Below, one piece after another: positions 28,215-40,534 of a DNA stretch of 64,000 nt (positions within the stretch are counted from its first letter, which is position 1; each line of letters opens with the position of its first letter). The translations under genes were made by a program, and so were the position numbers. The stretch is from contig OZ024748.1 in the NCBI GenBank assembly GCA_964016885.1, positions 45,260,001 through 45,324,000 of the forward strand, in the 5' to 3' direction. A model generated the notes under the pieces. That model was not told the DNA's origin and did no database searches. It worked only from the letters and a program-made list of their open reading frames with translations. This stretch comes from Eledone cirrhosa. Its lineage: Eukaryota.

Positions 28215-28755
28215 TTAAACGAAAGGTTTAAAACAATCACAGTGATATTTTTATGCGTATATCTTTTGGTTGTTGTTGTTCTTATTGCTGTTGTTGCTGT
28301 TGTTATTGTTGTTGTTGTTGACTCAGTTGACACGTCTCACTATGGAAACAATTTAATGCCCGGGGGTGGAGTTTTAACGGATGTTATTGCCACAAATTTA
28401 ACACACTAAAACGAAAGACTTGAGAATTCAATATCGAAGATAATAACAAAATTATATTCTATATTACAAGGTCTTCATGTAATTAACAGAACGCCCGCAG
28501 GGGTCTAGCTTTGTTTTTCCTATTATTGTGCTTTTCAAAAAAATAGATAATGCAGATTGTGAAGATTAGCGTCGTTGGTGGTGATAGGTTTCACAGCAGG
28601 AACTGAGCAGTGGTTCACTACCTTTACAAATATGGCTACAGTGACAAGGTAGTAGCTATACGGTGCGAACTGTATTAATTACCAGAAGGCATTTTTGTCC
28701 AACGCACCGGTTTATTGGTTTTCTCCCCAATGTGCATATCGTACGCTGTCACAGA

Positions 28756-28877
<122 letters not shown>

Positions 28878-28945
28878 CACATATATAAATATATGTATAC
28901 ATATACATATACATATATATATGTATATGTACATACATATATATG

Positions 28946-28993
<48 letters not shown>

Positions 28994-29087
28994 CATATAT
29001 ATAGATACATACAAACACACACACACATATATATATATAAAGAGAGAAAGAGAGAGAAGCACAGAGAGACCGAGAGAGGGAGAGAGG

Positions 29088-29127
<40 letters not shown>

Positions 29128-29479
29128 CCTGTCTTTTATCCTTTAGGAGTCGATAAATAAAGTATCAGCCCAAGTAAGCGTGGTTTAGTGAAATTGTTGT
29201 AGTGACAGAGGAAACACTTTTAGGTATCTCTTGTGGCTCTTTGAGCCCCGAGTTCAAATTCTGTATTTAAAAGTGACGCTCTAACACTCTCCCAATTCAC
29301 TGCCAAATACAAGTATACACTCCTCTATAACACCAGCTATAGATGAACCATTGAATATACAGTTAAGAGATCAACCGAAAAACCTCTACCTATGACGACA
29401 CCTACCAGCACACCTAACAAAAATGATCACTCAAACTATTAAAGGCACAACAGCAACAACATCGCATCTTCCTTCAACA

Positions 29480-30110
29480 AGTGAAATTCATATAGAAACC
29501 GGTAAAGCTATTTCTGAACTTCTGTTATTTGCTGGATGAACCATTCCATGTCATGGAATGGTTCATCCAGCGTATCTTCCTTACCATCCTCCGGGGAAAC
29601 GCCTTCTCCATCCTGTCCGCCGGGGCTGTGTGGGGCGGCCAGCACGTGGGACCCAATTTGCTCACTATACTGAGAGATGGGGAAGGCGAGAAAGATGGGG
29701 GGAGATGACGGTGGGAGTTCGGCTCTTCCGTGTTCGGACACAATGCACCTGTCAAGAGTGTATTTTTATTTTTACACATCTTCCTCCACCAGTGTTGGTG
29801 TTAGTGTTCTTACAGCGTATCAAACCAGGGAATGGGAACACTCGTAAGGAAGACAGAGACAAAGGGAGAGTGACCATCAAAACAGTTGCAGTCAGCTTTG
29901 AGGTGGGCAGGAAGGCGACAGCTGAAGATAAACATCAAAGAAGAAAGCTGTCCGCCACCCAACCACCAACTGACCAAGTACACACTTGCCCCAAGCGTAC
30001 CAGAGCTCCGTGGGCCCATGATTGGTCCCTACAGCCACCTTATGGTGTCTCGCTCTGCAGAACGAGACAACAATTTTCCCCACTGATCGTCACAAACAGA
30101 ATCCGTCATT
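29480..30110 (-). pseudogene. Possible decayed gag-like ORF1 of a LINE
   Basis: GC-richer island; FSCRLPAHLKADC resembles a CCHC zinc knuckle lacking the first Cys; frames broken. Confidence 0.3.
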
Positions 30111-30365
30111 CTTATCAAATGACCTGCCATTACTATCCAATTATCTTATGTTATGATATAATATAACATAATATAACGTGAAATAATATAATATAACATA
30201 ATATAACGTGAAATAATATAATATAATATATCATATATTATTATATATTGATTAAACATACAACTAACACTTTATCCTCTCACCCATTTTCATTTTCTCT
30301 ATTATCCCTGTAACCCCCCAGCCCCATATATATACACATATATATATATATATACACGCACACAC

Positions 30366-30398
<33 letters not shown>

Positions 30399-30515
30399 AA
30401 TATATATGTGTATACATATATATATATAGTATATATATCTATGTATATATATATATATATCTCTCTCTCTCTCTATATATATGTATATATATATATGTAT
30501 ATTATATGTATAGGG

Positions 30516-30607
<92 letters not shown>

Positions 30608-30620
30608 TATATACATACAC

Positions 30621-30669
<49 letters not shown>

Positions 30670-30674
30670 AACAC

Positions 30675-30711
<37 letters not shown>

Positions 30712-30734
30712 CATATATATATATATATGTATAT

Positions 30735-30779
<45 letters not shown>

Positions 30780-31443
30780 CACATATGTATATATATACAT
30801 ACACATATATATCTGTCCTTTTTCTTCTCTATCATATAACAGATAGACAGACAGACAGTCTGGTAGAACGACAGACAAAGATGGTGTGCGCATGTGCTGG
30901 GTTGCATGTAGTTGGTTATTATTTATAACATATCCCACTCTTATACAATTTCTCTACTTTCCTCTTCTCTCTCGTCCACCATACACCCAACCCTACCCCA
31001 GCCCTTCTCTCAACCATTTCCACCCTTTCTTCTCTACCCCACCCTCTAACCCTCCCCCTCTCTCGATTTTCATTATATTTGTATTGTTTTCAATTTTAAA
31101 CCGTAAGAAAAATGAGAACATTTTATCAAATAAACAAAACAACAGCACAAAAACAACAACAACAACAACAACAAAAAACACAACAAACGACACTACAAAA
31201 TAACAACAACAATAACAACAAACAATGACAATCAATTAACAACAAAGACACCAACAACAAAGACAACAACAACAACAATAACACCAACAACAAAGACAAC
31301 AACAACAACAACAATAACAACAAGAAACTGCGATGTTTCTGTTATAATCATTTAGAATAGATTCTGAAAGATGAACCAGAGAGAAAAACATGAACAAATG
31401 GAGATGGAAAGATTTGGAGGACAGCAAAGTTGTTGTTGTGTTC

Positions 31444-31495
<52 letters not shown>

Positions 31496-31798
31496 CCACC
31501 ACCACCAACAACAAAACCACCACCAACAGCAACAATAACACCAGCACCACCAACAGCAACAAAAGCAACAAAGCCAGTTTTAGTGTTGTCTGAAAGCCAT
31601 TTACAGTTCCGCTTCAGTATGTTATTATTGGAATCTGTTGAGGTTAATTAAGGGTTTTGTATATTATTAACTTTAAATCCCGCTTTTACTCAAGCCTGGT
31701 TTTTGTAACTGGCTTTGTGGTTACAGTCCTGGGCTCACCATAGTCAGGTCTTGTGTTCAATTCCCTCGCTAGGTAGCGTGTTGGGTCCTTGAAATAAA

Positions 31799-31835
31799 TA
31801 CGAGGGTTGACAGAAAAGTTCATAGCTTGACTAAG
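31799..31835 (+). mobile_element. Mariner-like TIR remnant, preceded by a decayed SINE head (31720-31792)
   Basis: tacgagggttgacagaaaagttc resembles mariner TACGAGGG...AAAAGT termini. Confidence 0.45.
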
Positions 31836-32006
31836 AAGGAGTGACGCTAGTTTTGTGGAATCTTGCATGCATTAATTTCAACTCTTCTTATAAATAACTG
31901 TATTGTTTCTTTCGTGAGACTATGTTGAAAAAATATACCCCATTTGGTCATTTCATGAGAGTATCTTCGTTAGCCTGTACATGTACTGCTAAACCCCGCA
32001 TATATG

Positions 32007-32039
<33 letters not shown>

Positions 32040-32042
<3 letters not shown>

Positions 32043-32400
32043 AAGAAAAAGAGATGAAATCGAAAATGCAACTGGAGTCTTATTTTAAAAAAAATATATA
32101 TATATATTTATTTGGTTCCTTTACCGGTTTCGCAGTTCTTCTGCTTTTCAAAAGGTGAGTTGAGATGGAAGGTCTGTGGTTTTTCTGACATGTGAGAAAA
32201 ACCACAGACCCTCCATCTCAACTCTACTTTTGAAAAGCAGAAGAACTGCGAAACCGGTAAAGGAACCAAATAAATATATCTATTTAAAAAAAAAATAAGA
32301 CTCCAGTTGCATTTTCGATTTCATCTCTTTTTCTTTATACTTTCACTCGTGTAGGACACCTCGGTTATTTTTCAATTTGTAAAAAAACCTCATTTTCTAA
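32040..32400. mobile_element. Palindromic family E pLTR pair with two U3-A8 HHRs (32118-32155 -, 32227-32263 +)
   Basis: ctt TTGAAAA gcag aagaa ctgc GAAA ccgg TA aagg on both strands; fold-back centred near 32191. Confidence 0.8.
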
Positions 32401-32422
32401 TATATATATATATATATGTATG

Positions 32423-32507
<85 letters not shown>

Positions 32508-32724
32508 GAATAATCGAGTATCGGAAAATCAGCTCACGAATTAACGATAAACAAATCCGATATGAGTGGCAGAGGGCTCAATAATTTGGGTAAATCAGAG
32601 CTATAACTATCGTTAAATTACCAACACATAAAGATTATGCCTAAAATCACCCATGCAGCCGAAAAAGAACGACCAGGAAGATTCGGGTCACTCAAATAAA
32701 ATATCAATAAATCAATAATTTAAA

Positions 32725-32776
<52 letters not shown>

Positions 32777-32874
32777 TATAAGCGAAAGTGATATTCAATT
32801 TGTTGGTAGTTCAACAAATATAAATGCTTATACCTGATTCAGAACATTCGACATTTTTCTGGAGTATCATATTC

Positions 32875-33220
32875 AATGATATTAAATAAATGAAACTATA
32901 TTTATAAAACCATATGTATTCTATTATATATATTTCAAGGGTACTAAAACTTTGGTACGCTTTCATAAGATAAAATACGAAGTGTGTTTTATAAATTTTG
33001 ACATAACCAAGGAAAATTCCTTAACGATTCAAGTTAAACTTAAAAGTTATCCAAGGAAAAATGAACCGTTAAGGTATTTTCCTTGGTTATGTCAAAATTT
33101 ATAAAAAAAAACTTCGTATTTTATCTGATGAAAGCGTACCAAAGTTTTGGTAGCCTTGAAATATATATAATAGAATAAATATGGCTTTATAGATATAGTT
33201 CCCATTTATTTAATATCATT
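32875..33220. mobile_element. Palindromic pLTR pair; intact HHR at 33120-33174(+), degenerate mirror at ~32920-32975(-)
   Basis: tttat CTGATGA aagcgtacc..ggtagcctt GAAA tatata TA ataga. Confidence 0.78.
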
Positions 33221-33302
33221 GTATATAAATATATACAAATTCCGGACCCCGTTCTTGCTTTCTTCGTATTCCAACTGCATTTTAAGTTACCTTAAATATA
33301 TG

Positions 33303-33458
<156 letters not shown>

Positions 33459-34179
33459 TATATACACCTTCAGTTGGTAATCATTTTCAACTGAGTGAAC
33501 TCTGGCAACGTGAAGTACAATGTAGTGCAGTTCTTTGCTCAATAAAACCGCGTATATTCATGTCTGGGAATTAAACCCCTGATATTATGATCCCAAACCA
33601 ACAGCTTAACCAGTAGGCCTTGCGTCTTCACAAAAATGTGAAGACTTCATTCTGAAATTTGTGAGAAAGAGAACGTCAGAGAAGAAAACGTCTAAGGCTG
33701 GGAAGTCTTATACTCTCAAATCTTTATCGTCCATAAAATCTAAATAAGTTCCGAGTTATATCCATCCTGCGCAATCACGAAAAACAAAACATAAAAAAAA
33801 ATCATATCTCTAATTCTTACATTTGTAGCAACTCTATAATATAGTTTAGATCTTTGTCATATATATTTATCTATATATATATATTTATCTATATATATAT
33901 ATTTATCTATATATATATACGAGGTTTGGCAGAGAATTTACCTGATTGTATTTTCGTTATTGTGGTGGCTTCTGTGGCTTTCTCCCCTTAACCAAAGTTT
34001 TCAATTCGTCACGCAATTTAACGTATGTTTATTACTCTAAGGAGTAACCTATCGATTTATCGATACATTCTTATTCGGTGAACCTAATATGACTGTGTAC
34101 AATCGCCTCCTGTGTTTTGTTCGTTCATTTTCAACTACACACACATATATATATATAGTCTAAAGGTTGTCTCGACCTC

Positions 34180-34310
34180 GAAGGCTCATCAGGTCAGTGT
34201 TTATCCAGGTTTCGATGCCATGAAGCGACTAAGAGTACAACACTTCCCCCTGGACAGGACGCCATTCCATCGCAGGGTTAAACACCCAGCTATTGCTGGT
34301 ACTCATTTTC
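34180..34310 (-). mobile_element. V-domain-like SINE fragment
   Basis: Reverse complement aaatgagtacc...cctgcgatggaatggcgtcctgtccagggg resembles the V-SINE core as recalled. Confidence 0.5.
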
Positions 34311-34644
34311 ACCACCAATACCAACATCAGCACTACCGCCGCCAACACCACCACCAGCACAAGCGCCGCTCCCAGCACCAAAATCACCACCACCGCTAGC
34401 ACCAGCACCACCTTCACCACCACCACCACAACCACCACCACCACCACTACCACCAGCATCACCGCTGGCACCAGCACCACCAGCAGCACGATCGCTACCG
34501 CCAGCACCACCCCACCGACACCACCAGCACCAACACCAGTATGACCGTCCCCGCCAGCACCACCAATACGACCACTATCCCCACCAGCATTAGCATCACC
34601 TCTACCACCACAAACAGCAGCAGCAGCAGCAGCACGACCACTAT

Positions 34645-34738
<94 letters not shown>

Positions 34739-34898
34739 AACAGGAGTATAGAGGAGGAGGGAGAGTATATATGGATGTTGATAGTATCCATTTTTAATCC
34801 TAAGCTTTGTGTATATATAAATTTAGTGTATATCTTTGAAGTATATACACATACATATATCTATATACAAACATGCATCCATATGCACGAATAATTGA

Positions 34899-34957
<59 letters not shown>

Positions 34958-34984
34958 TTATATATATGTATATATATATTTATA

Positions 34985-35015
<31 letters not shown>

Positions 35016-35142
35016 TTGAGCATATATGTAAAGATGTAATTAATATTGATATGAGCTGATAAAGAACGATGTATATTATGGGCATCATTTAAATACCCAA
35101 TTACGAAATGAATACTTTAAGTATATAGTTTATATATTTTTG

Positions 35143-35204
<62 letters not shown>

Positions 35205-35556
35205 TCATTAAAATTGTTCTTTGAAATATTCCTATGAGAAAAGGAGGTGCTTTGTAACAAAGAACCAAAACTACGTTATTGCAATTTAGATAAGAGCTAA
35301 GAGATTTTATGTAGAAATTTATATATGTCTTGCATATTTTAATTGTTCCGCTTACGAACATTCTTTGACTGAAAATATCAGACGTTTCCAGACCATTATT
35401 TAAATACTTTGCATTGTAAGGAAATACATGTAATATTATAACTGCAAAGATAAATTTATAATCTGGTTAGAGAAGTCGCATCGTTTCGAATCTTTTCTTC
35501 TCTAGCGTTCTCTTTCTCACAAATTTCAGAATGAAGTCTATATATATATATATTTA

Positions 35557-35662
<106 letters not shown>

Positions 35663-35691
35663 TAGTATTTATATATATATATATAAAATTG

Positions 35692-35828
<137 letters not shown>

Positions 35829-35861
35829 TATATAGTATTTATATATATATATAAAGTTGTA

Positions 35862-35897
<36 letters not shown>

Positions 35898-35900
<3 letters not shown>

Positions 35901-36278
35901 TAAAGTTAGTCCTTCATCAGTGATCTTCCAACCATCATTGGTATTTCATCGCTTTAAAGACCATATACCTCCGGTTGGTGCGAGCAACGGCTAAAAAAAG
36001 TCGTTGGGACTCGTAAATAAAGGGGACACGAGAGTGTAAACAAACAAAGATGGTGAAGCAACGAAAAGTGAGGAAGAAGGGGGTCAAGTCCCAAATTTCC
36101 ATGAATATAAGTTCGGTGAAATCGTGAACGAGAGAGAATAAAGACCATCAAACCTGGTTGGAATGTGAGCAAGGAAGGAATTCCGTACAGGTCTAACGGG
36201 AGGAAGAAGGGATCTAGTCTGTGAATTCGGTGAACGTAAGTTCTGTGAAATCGTAGACGAGAGAGAGAAAAAAGCGAA

Positions 36279-36280
<2 letters not shown>
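35898..36280 (-). mobile_element. Non-coding retrozyme-like element (lineage 2) in (TA)n; permuted HHR at 35908-36011
   Basis: Reverse complement: agtcc..tcgc a ccaacc gg aggta TA tggtctt taaa gcgat GAAA tacca atgat ggttgg aagatca CTGATGA aggact; homolog of 12000-12258. Confidence 0.8.
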
Positions 36281-36349
<69 letters not shown>

Positions 36350-36561
36350 GTATATATCTAGATATATATATATAAAATTGTATATATATATATATATATT
36401 GTTATACTTTGGGAGGGTCATGTTGCCAATAAGAAACACACGCACCAGTTGCTTTCACTTCAATTTATTATATATTTATAAATTTATAAATTTACAAATC
36501 TACAAATTTATAAATTTCTGGTTGGTTGTTTGGTTCCACAACCAGATAGTTGTTTATATAT

Positions 36562-36606
36562 AGTCATAGTCCTTTCGTCACACACTCTGTGACCTCTTCA
36601 GTGACT
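36562..36606 (-). ncRNA. Minimal type I HHR in family A 3'UTR
   Basis: Reverse complement: agtca CTGAAGA g gtcac agagtgt gtgac GAAA ggac TA tgact; 5-bp helices I and II. Confidence 0.85.
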
Positions 36607-36810
36607 GGGGATTCCTTTCTTTGTTTCTGTGCCTTTCCTTTCTTCTGTCCTACGCCATTTTGTTTCTGTGTGTGTGTTGTGTGCTCAGTTTGCGCATGCG
36701 CCACATCCGGGTGTCTGTGTGTGTTTGTGTTCATTTATCTATTTGTTTATTTATTTACATGTTATTGGTTGGTTGTTTGTTCTATGTGTGTGTGTGTTTT
36801 CATTTTGTCC

Positions 36811-39324
36811 TTAATTGTAAGTTGTGATGTTGCTGTTCCACTCATATTTTCTATTTAATTTTGGTTGTAATTCTTTTATGTTTATTGCCTCTGTAATTTG
36901 TCTAAACATTGCATCTTTTCTGTGTGTAGATTCTATTTTTATCTCTATGTTCTCTAATTTACCCTTGTGTTCTATCTTAGCATGTTGGTAGAGTACAGAT
37001 GATTCTTTATTATCTTGAAGGTCTCGCCAGTGTTCATTTATCGGTTCCCCTATACTACGAGCTGTCTCACCTATGTACACTATATTTTTGTTTCTACATT
37101 GTCCTTCAGTACATCTTATGCTATACACTACATTTCTAGTTTTACAGTTAATATGGGGGCTTATTTTACAGGTTATACATTTCTTATCTATACATGAGGG
37201 TCTTTGGAACGGGTATGTCTTGCTAATAAGTGTTTTTACGGAGGTACCTGGTCTTTCTACTATCTTAATATTGAGTTTATGTTTATTTAGGGCCCTTCTA
37301 AATGTGTAGGCTAGTTCGCCTCTAGGGATTGTATCGATGAACATTACACTCTGGTATTTATTGCTATCATACCATGAGTTTATTCTATTGGCCTTGTTCC
37401 TAGTTCTTTCTATTCTATTCCAAAATTTGCTCCTATACAAGGGGCAGGTCCCATTTATGTCATTATTTACCATTTTTTCCCATTTGGTTCTGGCTCCTCT
37501 ATACACTCTGATTCTATCTCTCTGATTGTAGCCAGAGAACTGCATACGGTGGATGAAGTGTTGTATGTGTCTCTCTAGTTCTTCGGGGTTGCACATGCGG
37601 GACACATTTCTCATCACCCGTACCAAATCCGCAATCAGTATGTTGATTTTGGTATGGTCCGAAATGGCCGAGTTTCGGTGGATCAGATGTTTGGAAGTCA
37701 TGGGTTTGGCATAATGGGAATGGAGGATTTGTTTTTGGTTGTTAATGGTATCTAACCAGAGCTCTGTGTCTAGTACAGGTAATCGATGGTTGGGGTGTCT
37801 ACTTGGGTAGTCTATAGTAACTCTAATGCTCTGGTGGATGGAGTTTGCTATTTGCTGGATGCTTTCCATTGTGTTTTTCTCTAGTTCCTGACTGTTCTCT
37901 AGTGGGGGTGTCTTAACTACGATGTTTATATCATCTACGTAGCGGGAGTACATTATCAGGGTTAAGCTGTCTTCTAATTGTTCTTTAAGTTTAAGTTTAA
38001 GTCTACTGTCCCACCATGCCATGAATAAGTTAGCTATGTCGCCTGCAATGCTAACACCAATGGCTGCTCCTTCCTCTTGGGCATATGTTTTTCCATTAAA
38101 TTTGAACATATGTTCCTTAAGGGTTAATTTTATGCTGGCCCCTACCGCATGTGCAATCATTTTCTTCAGTTCATCGTGGTTTTCGGGTGTCCGTATGGCT
38201 CTGGTCCACCCGTTCCATCTATCTGTGTGGGTTTTCTTGGCCATTGAGGTAATGGTAGGTGGTCTGCCTCTTGCTGGTCTTGTAGGGCACAGGTTGCTAA
38301 GGTCATATGTGTCTAGGTAACTATTACTATGGGTAAGCTTAAGTAGAAGTCCCAGCTCACTGGTATCAATCCCACGGAACTCAACCTTGCTCTCGCTGAT
38401 CATTTCTACACATTTCTCCACAGCAAAATCCACGTCAATAGATGGATACAGGGACACAACATCCATACTGCCTATTATGCAGTTTGTTAGGTCCCCAGAT
38501 CGGTTACCCACGCCGATTCTGCTGAGGAGGTCCTCCGTGCTGTCACATACATCTGGGGACATCTCAATGATGGGGCGTATGATCAGGAAGAGGAAGTAGG
38601 ACAGTCTGTAGTTACTAGCAATGTTAGCTCCACAGACTGGCCGTGTTGGTGGTCCCGCGACAGGGTCACAGCCCGTTTTATGGTCTTTTCGAAGCCCATA
38701 CAACGCCGGCGCGTCATTGTTCCAGGCCTGGAAGTTGTTGGCAGTCCTTTTATTGGGCTGCATTATATTCGTCCACATCACCATATGGGCATTGAGGGCT
38801 TTTTCTCTATCCTCATGCTCCTGTGGTGTTACCTCTCTTGTGTTAGTGATGTGGGGTTGCATTGCCTGGATGTAGTTTGGCAGGCTGTCAACCGACATTC
38901 TGCCAGACTTGTCTGTTGGAAAGCATGCTATCTCTCCATTACGTGAGCGCTGCATGAGCTTACGCAAGCCATTTGCAGATTTTTCTCCCAGTTGCTGGGC
39001 CTCTATTCTATTATGCTTCTTGCTATACTGTTCTATAATATTTCTAAGTTCGGATCTAGCTATACTAAATTGTGCTTCTGTTTGTTCATCGACCTGCGAC
39101 GGCAACTGCGTGCGTTTGTTAAATGGTAAAGTCGTGGCGTGGACTCGTCGCAGGTCGAATGATTTATCGGAGGGATTATAAAACGGAGAGTTCCAGGCTG
39201 CTGCTTTATGTGTACTAGTGCTATTGTTATTGTTAGTTGTGTTGTTTCTATTTCTATTTCCACCAACAGCCTCATGGTTGTTTCTGTCTCTCATAATTAC
39301 TCCTGTCTCTTTCCACTGGCTCAA
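36811..39324 (-). CDS. PLE reverse transcriptase + GIY-YIG endonuclease (main ORF segment)
   Basis: PTDKSG, LYGLRKDHK, TRPV, SMDVVSLYPSI, QEEGAAIG..IANLFM, SRYVDD, LPVLD, CIDKKCITC, VVY..YIGET, QITEA, LNRKYEW. Confidence 0.96.
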   Translation of the reverse strand: MSQWKETGVIMRDRNNHEAVGGNRNRNNTTNNNNSTSTHKAAAWNSPFYNPSDKSFDLRRVHATTLPFNKRTQLPSQVDEQTEAQFSIARSELRNIIEQYSKKHNRIEAQQLGEKSANGLRKLMQRSRNGEIACFPTDKSGRMSVDSLPNYIQAMQPHITNTREVTPQEHEDREKALNAHMVMWTNIMQPNKRTANNFQAWNNDAPALYGLRKDHKTGCDPVAGPPTRPVCGANIASNYRLSYFLFLIIRPIIEMSPDVCDSTEDLLSRIGVGNRSGDLTNCIIGSMDVVSLYPSIDVDFAVEKCVEMISESKVEFRGIDTSELGLLLKLTHSNSYLDTYDLSNLCPTRPARGRPPTITSMAKKTHTDRWNGWTRAIRTPENHDELKKMIAHAVGASIKLTLKEHMFKFNGKTYAQEEGAAIGVSIAGDIANLFMAWWDSRLKLKLKEQLEDSLTLIMYSRYVDDINIVVKTPPLENSQELEKNTMESIQQIANSIHQSIRVTIDYPSRHPNHRLPVLDTELWLDTINNQKQILHSHYAKPMTSKHLIHRNSAISDHTKINILIADLVRVMRNVSRMCNPEELERHIQHFIHRMQFSGYNQRDRIRVYRGARTKWEKMVNNDINGTCPLYRSKFWNRIERTRNKANRINSWYDSNKYQSVMFIDTIPRGELAYTFRRALNKHKLNIKIVERPGTSVKTLISKTYPFQRPSCIDKKCITCKISPHINCKTRNVVYSIRCTEGQCRNKNIVYIGETARSIGEPINEHWRDLQDNKESSVLYQHAKIEHKGKLENIEIKIESTHRKDAMFRQITEAINIKELQPKLNRKYEWNSNITTYN

Positions 39325-39449
39325 TGTTGTTATCTACCCTATTTTGTGTGTCTGTGTGTTCGTCTTGGTTATTCTCTTTGTCCTTAGTCTCCCTTCTCCT
39401 TTTAATCCTATTACTTTCCCTTATTTCTGTGATTTCTGTGCTACTGTCA

Positions 39450-40490
39450 TTACTTGTTTTCTGTGTCTGTGTGTTTGTTAAGATTGTGGTGGTGGTGAGA
39501 GGCATTGAATGCGTGTGTGTTGTTGTTGATGTGTGCTGTTGTTGATGTGTGTTGTTGTTGTCTCCGTGTGTTATCGTTGTTGTGTGTGTTGTTATTGTTG
39601 TTTGTGTCTCCGTGTCTGTTGTTGTTGTTTCTGGGTATGTTGTTATTGTTGTTGTTGTTGATGTGTGTGTTGTTGTTATTGTTGTTTGTGTCTGTGTGTC
39701 TGTTGTCGTTGGGATGTGTGTTGTATATGTGTGTGCGTATATTGTTGCTTTTGTTTTTGATGCTCCAGCGTAGTTTTGTAAATGATTTTTCTATTTCTGA
39801 CAGACAACTAATCATATTTACCTTCTTGAATGTCGCAGATTTCGGCGGCAAACATAACACAGACATTTCATCATTATCTATTTTTGCGTTCCCATATATG
39901 TTGGTGTTTTTGTTGTTGAACTCTTCTGATAATGAGGTGTCGGCCATGTTGATACCGTCAATTTTGTCGGGATATCTATTGGTATACTCTATAGTATCCT
40001 GATTTAGCTTTGCCTGTTTAAGCCACTTTAGTTTCCTGTTAAAGTGCTTATCACATTCTTGAGTAATGTACTGTTCTTCAGGGCGTATAAGGCTTATGAA
40101 TATTAGTTTCTCTCTTGGTGTGGTGATCCTAGCTATTTCTTGTATTAGGTTACGCTTTTGTTTTTCTTGATGACTTAATTCTCTATAGATCTTCTTTTTT
40201 ATGTTTAGAATTAGTGTTCGTTTTAGCCTATCTGCTTGTTTTTTGGTGAGTTGTAATCTTCTAACGTCGGTATTGATGGTGTTGGTGTAGATTCTGGACG
40301 AGGCACACTGCTTTATGAAGTATAGTTGTCGAGATGTTATGGTTTTTCGTAGACAACAGAACATGGTGGTTTTCAGTATCTTGTTTGCCTGGCTAAGGCT
40401 TACGATATTTCGTTTCTGAATTTATTTAGCAAGATTCTTTATCTGAAATCGTGTGTTGAAACCGATATTGTTATACTTTGGGAGGGTCAT
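39450..40490 (-). pseudogene. N-terminal part of the family A ORF (likely ATG 40490; nonsense TAA at 40422-40424; frameshifts before the RT part)
   Basis: In frame with 39450..40364; DEMSVLCLPPK and KLRW are typical of PLE N-termini; the copy near 50650 has CAA at the stop position. Confidence 0.75.
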
Positions 40491-40534
40491 GTTGCCAATA
40501 AGAAACACACGCACCAGTTGCTATATATGTATAT

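Larger units (their letters stand above)
36400..40523 (-). mobile_element. Near-full-length PLE family A (~4.1 kb) with ~55-bp terminal direct repeat
   Basis: gcaactggtgcgtgtgtttcttattggcaacATGaccctcccaaagtataacaat at both ends; RT plus GIY-YIG ORF; TA flanks. Confidence 0.95.

Noticed and set aside
29558-30166. 202-aa plus-strand ORF as a host gene
   Set aside because: No recognisable motifs; more likely antisense to a decayed LINE ORF1 remnant
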